DNA of 64,000 nucleotides. It comes from Candidatus Binatia bacterium. GTDB taxonomy: Bacteria > Desulfobacterota > Binatia > UBA9968 > JAJDTQ01. The notes under the pieces are model-generated. The model had not been told where the DNA came from, searched no databases, and was given only the letters and a program-made list of their open reading frames with translations. The position numbers and the translations under genes were made by a program. Below are positions 51,948-59,627 of the stretch, one piece after another; position 1 is the first letter of the stretch, and every line of letters starts with the position of its first letter. The stretch lies in contig OY729432.1 in NCBI GenBank assembly GCA_963422385.1, positions 818,467 through 882,466 on the forward strand, written 5' to 3'.

Positions 51948-53624
51948 ATGACCGACTCCATCCCGACCACCGACTGCGACGTCCTCATCATCGGCGGCGG
52001 GTTGGCTGCCTGCATGGCGGCGCTGGAGGCGTCCAAGCGCAACATGGACGTGGTGCTGGTGGACAAGGGACGGCTCGGGCGAAGCGGCTCGAGCCCTACC
52101 TCCGGCGGGGTCCCGCAGGCAGCCTTCGGCCACGCCGACCCCCGCGACAGCAAGGAGATGCACTTCAAGGACACCATCGTCGGGGGCGACTTCATCCCGA
52201 ACCAGAAGATTGTCCGGGCCATCGTCAACGAGGTCACCGATCGGGTCATCGAGCTGGAGGAGATGGGGCTGCACTTCAAGAAGACGCCAGACGGCCGGAA
52301 ATTCCATCAGGAGAAACGTCTGGGCAGCTCCTACGCCCGCAGTTGCCCGCCGGTGGGCGGCAGCGTGGGGATGTTGGGCTCGCTGCGGAAAGAAGTATTC
52401 AACCGCGAGGTCCAGGTGCGCCAGTGGACCATGATCACGAAGCTACTGCGGCAGAACGGCCGGATCACCGGAGCCTTCGGCATCAACGTCCGGACCGGCG
52501 CTTACCAAGCATACCGCGCCCGGGCCGTGGTGCTGGCCGGGGGCAGCGCCATCGCCATCCAGAAGTACACCAGCGCCAACTTCCTGACCACGGGCGACGC
52601 CTACGTCGCGGCCTTCGAAATCGGCGCGCCCTTGGCCAACCTCGAGTTCCTGGAGTTCACGCTGATCCCGGCGCCCGGCGGCGAAGCCATCTCCATGGCC
52701 GGCCTGTCCCCTTTCACCAGCAAGGGCGGCCGCTTCTTCAACTCGCTGGGCGAACGGTTCCTGGAGCGGTACGATCCCGAGCGGCTGGAAGGCACGACCC
52801 GGGCCATCCTGGTGGGCGCCACCTACAAGGAAATGTTCGAGGGACGCGGCCCGGTCTACCTGGACCCGTCCTACATCCCGGACGAGAAGTGGGATGACGA
52901 AATCAGCTTCGAGTATTCCCCCAAGCTTGGCAAGGCCGGCGTCAACTGCCGCTCCGACCGGTTCGAGTGGGTGCCGGCGCTGCACACCTTCCTGGGCGGG
53001 CTTGACATCAACGAGCGGTGCGAGGTCCCAGGGGTGGAGGGTCTCTACGCGTCGGGTGAATCGGCCACCGGAACCCACGGCTCCAACCGGCTGTCCGGCA
53101 ACGCCATCGCCAGCGCCTTTGCGCTGGGCGCCCGGTCGGGCAAGTTCGCGGCCATCTACGGGGCGGACGCAGAGTTGGGCGAGGTGGACCCGGCGGAGAC
53201 CGCCGCGGAGGTCGCGAGGATCGAGGCCTTCAAGGGTGACGAAGGGCTGGATCCCACCGAGCTGCAACAGGAGATCAAGGAGATCGCGTGGGAGAGCACC
53301 GGCGTCGTGCGGAACGAGCGCGGGCTCACCACCGGACTGGAGCGCTTCCAGGAGATCCGCCGCGAAAAGGTCCCCCGGCTCAAGGCGGACAACATCCGCG
53401 CCCTCATCAAGTCCCTCGAATGCTCCAACCTTTCCTGGGTAGGCGAGATGGTCGCCCGCTGCGCCCTGGAACGCAAGGAATCCCGCGGCCAGCACACACG
53501 GGACGACTACCCGGAGAGGGACGACAAGAACTGCCTCAACTGGATCAAGGTGGAGAAGGACGGCGATCGGGTGAAGCCGATCATCAAGCCGATTCCGTTC
53601 GACGGGGCGGAGTTGAAACCCTGA
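51948..53624 (+). CDS. FAD-binding flavoprotein of the succinate dehydrogenase / fumarate reductase / AprA superfamily
   Basis: DVLIIGGGLAACMAA dinucleotide fold and the C-terminal RKESRGQHTRDDYPERDD signature. 558 aa. Starts 9 nt after the ferredoxin stop. Confidence 0.7.
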   Translation: MTDSIPTTDCDVLIIGGGLAACMAALEASKRNMDVVLVDKGRLGRSGSSPTSGGVPQAAFGHADPRDSKEMHFKDTIVGGDFIPNQKIVRAIVNEVTDRVIELEEMGLHFKKTPDGRKFHQEKRLGSSYARSCPPVGGSVGMLGSLRKEVFNREVQVRQWTMITKLLRQNGRITGAFGINVRTGAYQAYRARAVVLAGGSAIAIQKYTSANFLTTGDAYVAAFEIGAPLANLEFLEFTLIPAPGGEAISMAGLSPFTSKGGRFFNSLGERFLERYDPERLEGTTRAILVGATYKEMFEGRGPVYLDPSYIPDEKWDDEISFEYSPKLGKAGVNCRSDRFEWVPALHTFLGGLDINERCEVPGVEGLYASGESATGTHGSNRLSGNAIASAFALGARSGKFAAIYGADAELGEVDPAETAAEVARIEAFKGDEGLDPTELQQEIKEIAWESTGVVRNERGLTTGLERFQEIRREKVPRLKADNIRALIKSLECSNLSWVGEMVARCALERKESRGQHTRDDYPERDDKNCLNWIKVEKDGDRVKPIIKPIPFDGAELKP

Positions 53625-53672
53625 ACCAAGTGCACAATCGTCCCGCACCAGCCACGGCGAGAACCTCACCAC

Positions 53673-53962
53673 GTGTACGACTTCGAGTGGCATCCCGCCA
53701 AAGCCGCCAGCAACTTGCGCAAACACGGGCTTGATTTTAATCTCGCAGCCACGGTGTCCGAGGACCGACTCGCATCGACGGTGCGCGACGAAGACCACAG
53801 CGAGTCCGAGGACCGGTGGGTGACCGTAGGCGAATCCCGGAACACTGAGTTGTGGTTGTGTGTTACACTTCACGTCAAACCGACGACCGCACGACGGTGC
53901 GGATTATTTCGGCGCGACGGGCCACACCCAACGAACGACGCCAGTACGAGTCAGGCAAATGA
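53673..53962 (+). CDS. brnT: BrnT-family (DUF497) RNase toxin, reading frame interrupted by a shift in a GT repeat
   Basis: Frame 1 reads MYDFEWHPAKAASNLRKHGLDFNLAATVSEDRLASTVRDEDHSESEDRWVTVGESRNTE. At about 53846-53866 the BrnT-conserved end ...VVVVCYTSRQTDDRTTVRIISARRATPNERRQYESGK* continues in a different frame and stops at 53960-53962. The stop overlaps the next gene's ATG (ATGA). Confidence 0.6.
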
Positions 53963-56900
53963 AACGAGAGTACGACTTTTCCAAAGGTGAACGCGGCAAG
54001 TTCTACCGCCGGAACGCCAAGCTGAATATCCCACGCTCCACCGACAAGCCTGATTGGGCCGGGGCCGAAGGCCATCTTTGCGATTTCATGACCGCGGAGA
54101 CGGAAAAGACCCTCCGGGCCTACGGGGAACAACCGAGTCTGGTGACCGAGCATGCCAACCACGAACATGACACGGCCCACGGCGGCTATGCCCACCGGCA
54201 GCTCTTCGAGCTTGTCCAGAACAGCGCGGATGCTCTCGCCAACGCTCCCGATGGCAAAGGCATCCTGGTTCGCCTCACCGACGACTACCTCTATTGTGCC
54301 GATGACGGCAGAGCGATCGACGAGCCAGGTATCCAGGCGTTGATGTTCTCCCACATGTCGAGCAAACGAAACACCAGCGAGATCGGGCGGTTTGGGCTTG
54401 GCTTCAAGTCAGTGCTGGGAGTCACGAACGCCCCGGAGTTCTTCAGTCGGCCCGGTTCCTTTCGTTTCGACAAGAACCACGCGGCCAAGCGCATCGCCAA
54501 GGTCGCGCAAGCGGAACGCTACCCGGTGCTCCGGTTACCCATCCCCATCGATGCCCGTGAAGTGTCGGAGGACGACGAAGACCTTCGTGAACTCATGACC
54601 TGGGCAACTAACATCGTGCGGCTTCCGCTCAAACCGGGTGCTAGCGAGGACTTCGCTAAACAGGTTCAGGATTTCCCGCCAGAGTTCCTGCTGTTCGTCG
54701 ACCATGTCCGCTTTCTGAGCCTGGAACACAGGGAGCGAACGCGGGACTTCGTCCTCCAGAGATTAGACGGCGAGCTTCGACTCGACACGGACGAGGGATC
54801 TTCGCGCTGGAAATGCTTCAAGACCTACCACAGACTCTCTGTTGAAGCCCTCAAAGACCGGCGCTCGCTCGACGACAGCGGTGACGTGCCGATCTGGTGG
54901 GCGGCACCCCTGGACCGATTGGACTACCCAGGCTACTACTGGCACTTCTTCCCAACGAAGACGGCAAGTCTTCTGGCAGGTATTCTGAACGCACCCTGGA
55001 AGACCAACGAAGATCGCCAGAACCTGTTGCCGGGACCATACAACGACGAGTTGATCGATGTCGCGACGAGCATGGTGGCCAAGCGGTTGCCCGAGCTTGC
55101 CACTGACCAAGACCCCGCGTTGCACTTGGATGCCCTGCCGCGTCGGCATGAAGCCGGCGACACCGAGCACAGTGAGCGCCTCCGTGATCACTTGTATGAG
55201 AAACTGCGAAAAGGCCCCGTTGTCCCCGATCAGACCGGAACTTTGCGCAAAATCCAGGACATTTCCTATGCGCCCACAGCTCTGACTCAAGATCAAACGG
55301 GAGAAGCGTCGCTCAAGAAGTGGGCAGGCTTTGATCTGCGTCCAACGGATTGGCTTCACCACAGCACACTGACGCGTAATCGAATGGCCAAGGTCAACCA
55401 ACTTTTCGCCCAGGAACTTTTCGCCCAGGAACCTGCGTGGCAACAAGAGGCGCCTCGCGCATCCATAGCTAAGTGGTTGGAAGCTCTCATAGTAGAACGC
55501 GAGGGTCAAGCGACGATCATAGCCTCGAAGACGGCTCTTCAGGCGGCGGCAGCGATACCCGAGCGAAAGAGGACAGGAGAGCCGCTTGGCAACATTCTCC
55601 TGACGCAAAGCGACGACTGGTACGCGCCTGACCCGGAAAGCGTGTTCTTACCATCGTTCGATGATAGCGAAGGAGTTGACGACCGCTTGGTTCACAGGGC
55701 GCTGGTGTCTGATTCCGAGACTGCTGCGGCTCTGAACGTGCTGGGTATTAAGCACGTATCTCCCGAAGGCCGCTTTCGATCCCTTGCTAGGACATTGCTT
55801 ACTCGATGCACAAGCGAGCCGGACGAGACGCTGTGGGCCGACTTCTGGAGCGCGTCGCGTGCAGTGGAAACGGATCAGGCCTACATGATCGTCAAGAAAG
55901 TGACCGACCACGCATTGTCGATGACGACCGCCACATCCTGGCACGAGCAGGTCGTCATGACCATCAAGAAAGAGACCGACAAGGGACACGTCGATTGGAA
56001 CCCGTCGATTCATGCGCGTGCCCGGTCGGGCGATTGGCAACCCCTTCATTCGGTTCTGTTGCCTGGCGATATCGTGCCGAACGAAGGCGGCCGTGACCGT
56101 CGCGTCACAGTGGACACCGAGTTCCATGGTGCGGACTTGAAATTGCTCGACAGACTGGGGGCGACAGCCACGCCGAGGCAAGACCAGGATTTGTCGACCG
56201 ACCCTTGTTTCAAGTCGTTTTTGGTCGAATGCCGCCTTAAGTTCGTCGCCCGAGACCTTCCGAGGGACCCGCACTGGGGCAAACTGAATTTTGGTTCGAC
56301 AACAGGAAGTGGGCCGCTGCAAGTTCTGCCACTGCTCTCGAACGAAGGCAAGGCATGCTATACGGACGCCTTGTTGTCGCTGGAGACTTCCTTTGTCCGG
56401 TGGACAATGCGCCACGAAACCCAGAGCATCTACCCGCCACTCCCGTGTCAGAGTCCTGCCATCGCGTTGCTGCGCAAGCATGGCCGTATCCGTTGCGCTG
56501 GTGAATTCGTACCTTTAGCGGATGTGCTCGGTCCTCAACCGGCCAACCCTGCCGCACTGCAAGCTTTGCTGTCACACCGGATGGCGAACCGGATCAGGGA
56601 AGCCTTCGACCTTGCAGAACCGGTTGTGGAACCCGTCGGCGAAGAGGACTCGGTTCCTTTGACGGATGTGTGGCCCGGTTTGGCGCCGTACCTGACCGCG
56701 CACTCAAGGACATTCTCTCTCATCCGTTGCCAGCAACTTGCTGCTGGCGGCGGTACAAGTGGAGCCGAATGCATGCGGGTCGATGCCAGCATATACTTGG
56801 CTGGCACGGGTGATGAGGATTGCGACCTGCGGTTGGTTTCGCAGGAGCTCGGAATCGACCTGAATGACAACCAGCTTGAAGAGATCCTGCGATACGTTAC

Positions 56901-58521
56901 GCCGCAGGAAGTCGAGGCACAACGCGCGGCTATCCGGGAACTGACAACGGACGCCGAGAGGCTGTTCCACGCAGTAGGCGACGTCCGTCTGCGTTCATAT
57001 TTACCCGGATCGCTCTTGGCCGTGCTTGAGAGCGGCCGTGCGCCGCTGACTGGCGTTGAACTTGCGGAAGCGGCCATGGCCACATATCACACGGCGGCTC
57101 TCATGGAATATCGCCGGGCCTTGGATCACTTGGCCCCGCCCACGCGTTGGGCAGGGTCGCAGCCCGCGGTTGGCTTCGTCCAATCACTTGGATTCTCCGC
57201 GGAGTGGGCCGGACAACGGAGTTCACGCCATCCGCCGTTCCTGGAGGTAGAAGGCCCGTACTCGCTTCCGGAACTGCACGACTACCAGAAGTGCATCGTT
57301 GCCAGAGTGCGAGAGATGCTCTGCAATGGACGTATGGACGGTGGCGGGCGGCGCGGCATGATCAGTCTCCCAACCGGTTCGGGCAAGACACGCATCGCGG
57401 TGCAGGCCATCGTCGAGGCCATTTGCAGCGGTTTCACCGGCGGTGTCCTTTGGGTCGCAGACCGTGACGAATTGTGCGAACAGGCCGTGGAAGCATGGCG
57501 GCAGGTCTGGTCGAGCGTTGGCGCGGAAGGGAAGCGCCTGCGGGTTTCCAGGATGTGGGCCGGGCAGCCCCGACCTCTGCCGACAAGCGACCTCCACGTC
57601 ATTGTGGCGACGATACAGACGCTCAACGCCAAGCTGTCGAAGCAACCCGAAGATTACCGGTTCCTGGCTGACTTCAACTTGGTCGTTTTCGATGAGGCGC
57701 ATCGTTCCGTCGCGCCGACCTACACCTCTGTCATGCAAGAGATCGGACTGACCCGCTGGCAGCGAGGAAATGAACCCTTCCTGCTTGGCCTCACCGCGAC
57801 GCCTTACAGAGGGCACGATGAAGAGGAAACCGCCAGGCTGGTGCGTCGTTACGGCGGCAATCGCCTGGACGCCGGGGCGTTCGCCAACGACGAACCCTCA
57901 GAGGTCATTGGCGAGTTGCAGGAAATGAGCGTACTCGCGCACGCCGACCACCAGACCATCGAAGGCGGCGACTTCTCCCTGAGCCAGAATGAGTTGACGG
58001 AAATGCAGGCAATGCCCCATCCCGCATGGCTGCCACGCAGCATGGAGGACCGCATTGCCCGGGACGCGGACCGAACCAAACGCATTGTCGGTGCCTACAA
58101 GACCTTCGTTGGTAATGTTCACCGGGAGCAGTGGCCCACGCTGATCTTTGCCACTTCCGTGGAACATGCCAAGACGGTGGCAGCGCTGTTGAGCTCCGCA
58201 GGCGTCAGGTCCAGAGCCGTGAGTGGAGGGACAGAGACATCCGTTCGCCGAGACATTGTCGAGCGGTTTCGAGCGGGCCAGATCGACGTTCTCGTGAACT
58301 ACGGTGTATTCCGCGAAGGATTCGATGCGCCCAGGACACGGGTCATCATCGTGGCGCGGCCGGTCTACAGCCCGAACCTCTATTTCCAGATGATCGGCAG
58401 AGGGTTGCGGGGGCCGAAAAACGGAGGCAATGATCGCTGCCTCATCGTCAACGTGCGCGACAACATCGACAACTTCAACAAGGCGTTGGCCTTTTCCGAA
58501 CTGGATTGGCTCTGGGGGTAA
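53959..58521 (+). CDS. Large multidomain protein: BrnA-like N-terminal peptide, Hsp90/sacsin-type GHKL ATPase, about 900 aa unassigned, C-terminal SF2 DEAH helicase
   Basis: MKREYDFSKGERGKFY resembles the BrnA antitoxin N-terminus. Bergerat motifs follow: ELVQNSADA, YCADDGRAID and GRFGLGFKSV. The helicase motifs are I LPTGSGKT, II VFDEAH, III LTATP, V LVNYGVFREGFDAP and VI QMIGRGLRG. The ORF-track start is an upstream GTG at 53860. The ATG at 53959 is coupled to the brnT stop. Confidence 0.75.
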   Translation: MKREYDFSKGERGKFYRRNAKLNIPRSTDKPDWAGAEGHLCDFMTAETEKTLRAYGEQPSLVTEHANHEHDTAHGGYAHRQLFELVQNSADALANAPDGKGILVRLTDDYLYCADDGRAIDEPGIQALMFSHMSSKRNTSEIGRFGLGFKSVLGVTNAPEFFSRPGSFRFDKNHAAKRIAKVAQAERYPVLRLPIPIDAREVSEDDEDLRELMTWATNIVRLPLKPGASEDFAKQVQDFPPEFLLFVDHVRFLSLEHRERTRDFVLQRLDGELRLDTDEGSSRWKCFKTYHRLSVEALKDRRSLDDSGDVPIWWAAPLDRLDYPGYYWHFFPTKTASLLAGILNAPWKTNEDRQNLLPGPYNDELIDVATSMVAKRLPELATDQDPALHLDALPRRHEAGDTEHSERLRDHLYEKLRKGPVVPDQTGTLRKIQDISYAPTALTQDQTGEASLKKWAGFDLRPTDWLHHSTLTRNRMAKVNQLFAQELFAQEPAWQQEAPRASIAKWLEALIVEREGQATIIASKTALQAAAAIPERKRTGEPLGNILLTQSDDWYAPDPESVFLPSFDDSEGVDDRLVHRALVSDSETAAALNVLGIKHVSPEGRFRSLARTLLTRCTSEPDETLWADFWSASRAVETDQAYMIVKKVTDHALSMTTATSWHEQVVMTIKKETDKGHVDWNPSIHARARSGDWQPLHSVLLPGDIVPNEGGRDRRVTVDTEFHGADLKLLDRLGATATPRQDQDLSTDPCFKSFLVECRLKFVARDLPRDPHWGKLNFGSTTGSGPLQVLPLLSNEGKACYTDALLSLETSFVRWTMRHETQSIYPPLPCQSPAIALLRKHGRIRCAGEFVPLADVLGPQPANPAALQALLSHRMANRIREAFDLAEPVVEPVGEEDSVPLTDVWPGLAPYLTAHSRTFSLIRCQQLAAGGGTSGAECMRVDASIYLAGTGDEDCDLRLVSQELGIDLNDNQLEEILRYVTPQEVEAQRAAIRELTTDAERLFHAVGDVRLRSYLPGSLLAVLESGRAPLTGVELAEAAMATYHTAALMEYRRALDHLAPPTRWAGSQPAVGFVQSLGFSAEWAGQRSSRHPPFLEVEGPYSLPELHDYQKCIVARVREMLCNGRMDGGGRRGMISLPTGSGKTRIAVQAIVEAICSGFTGGVLWVADRDELCEQAVEAWRQVWSSVGAEGKRLRVSRMWAGQPRPLPTSDLHVIVATIQTLNAKLSKQPEDYRFLADFNLVVFDEAHRSVAPTYTSVMQEIGLTRWQRGNEPFLLGLTATPYRGHDEEETARLVRRYGGNRLDAGAFANDEPSEVIGELQEMSVLAHADHQTIEGGDFSLSQNELTEMQAMPHPAWLPRSMEDRIARDADRTKRIVGAYKTFVGNVHREQWPTLIFATSVEHAKTVAALLSSAGVRSRAVSGGTETSVRRDIVERFRAGQIDVLVNYGVFREGFDAPRTRVIIVARPVYSPNLYFQMIGRGLRGPKNGGNDRCLIVNVRDNIDNFNKALAFSELDWLWG

Positions 58522-58540
58522 CCACGCTGCACTCGACGTG

Positions 58541-58592
58541 CGGCAGGCTGCCGTCGTCGAGACACGCGCAAGAGGCTGCCTGACGCTGTCTC
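58541..58592. terminator. Possible bidirectional hairpin between convergent genes
   Basis: CGGCAGGCTGCCG palindrome plus the GAGACA...TGTCTC inverted repeat. There is no T-tract. Confidence 0.2.
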
Positions 58593-58619
58593 ACACGCAC
58601 TGGGTCCGAACGTAAGCCG

Positions 58620-59627
58620 TCACACCCGCGGCAGCACCGCCGCGCCGAACAGATCCATGGCCGCCAGGATGTCCTTCTGCTCCAACCCCGGAGTCCAGTC
58701 GAATCGCAGCAACAGCAGATCCGGCTTGAGGGATTCCTCGTAGGAGCGGATCTCCTCGATGCAGTCCACGGGGGAACCCAGGATGAAGCGATGGCGCGCC
58801 AGGCGGTCGAAGTCCCAGGTGAGTTCGTCGGGGTTGCTCATGGCATCGTCCTGGCCCCACCTGACGTAGACGTCGCGGTAGGGCTTGTCGAGGCAGGGGC
58901 GGGCCTTGGCCACGGCATCTTCCCGGGTGGGAGCCACGAAGCACTCCCGGACCATGACGACGGCGCCAGCGCCCGGCTTGCCGGTATCAGCCCACGCCTG
59001 GCGGAACAGCGCGATCTGGTCCCGCAGCTCCTCGATGGCCGAGTGGGGTGCCACCAGCCAGCCGTCGCTGATGCGGGCGGCGCGCCGGACTCCCTTGTCG
59101 CCGTTGGCCGCGATCCATACGGGTGGACGCGGCTGCTGTAGCGGTCGTGGCGCAATCGTTACGTCCTTCAACTCGAAGGCCTTGCCCGAGAACGAGACGT
59201 GCTCCTCCGTCCACAACCACTGGACGATCTCGACGCCCTCCACGAAACGGTGAAATCGCTGCTGCTTCGTCAGGTTGAAGGCATCCAGCTCCTGCTGCCG
59301 GTAACCGAGCCCGAAGGAGAAGAAGGAACGCCCTTCGTTCATGACGTCGATGGTGGCCAGCTCCTTGGCGATGATCACCGGGTCGTGGAGGCCGAGCAGC
59401 GTGGTGGCCGTGCCCACGCCGGCCCGCTTGGCTTCGGCGCAAAGCCGTCCCAGGAGCGGCACCTGATGAAGCCGCTGAAAGCCGGGGATGTTGTAGTGCT
59501 GGCCCATGGTGATGGCTTCGAAGCCGGCGTCGTCGGCGACCCGTGTCTGCTCCGCCAACGTGGGTAGAAGGCTCTCGGTGGGCTTGTCGATGGAAACCTG
59601 CGGATTGAACTGGATACCGAATTTCAT
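58620..59627 (-). CDS. LLM-class flavin/F420-dependent oxidoreductase
   Basis: MKFGIQFNPQ... luciferase-like TIM barrel. Starts at an internal Met of the 58620..60338 ORF, preceded by GGAG. Confidence 0.75.
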   Translation of the reverse strand: MKFGIQFNPQVSIDKPTESLLPTLAEQTRVADDAGFEAITMGQHYNIPGFQRLHQVPLLGRLCAEAKRAGVGTATTLLGLHDPVIIAKELATIDVMNEGRSFFSFGLGYRQQELDAFNLTKQQRFHRFVEGVEIVQWLWTEEHVSFSGKAFELKDVTIAPRPLQQPRPPVWIAANGDKGVRRAARISDGWLVAPHSAIEELRDQIALFRQAWADTGKPGAGAVVMVRECFVAPTREDAVAKARPCLDKPYRDVYVRWGQDDAMSNPDELTWDFDRLARHRFILGSPVDCIEEIRSYEESLKPDLLLLRFDWTPGLEQKDILAAMDLFGAAVLPRV

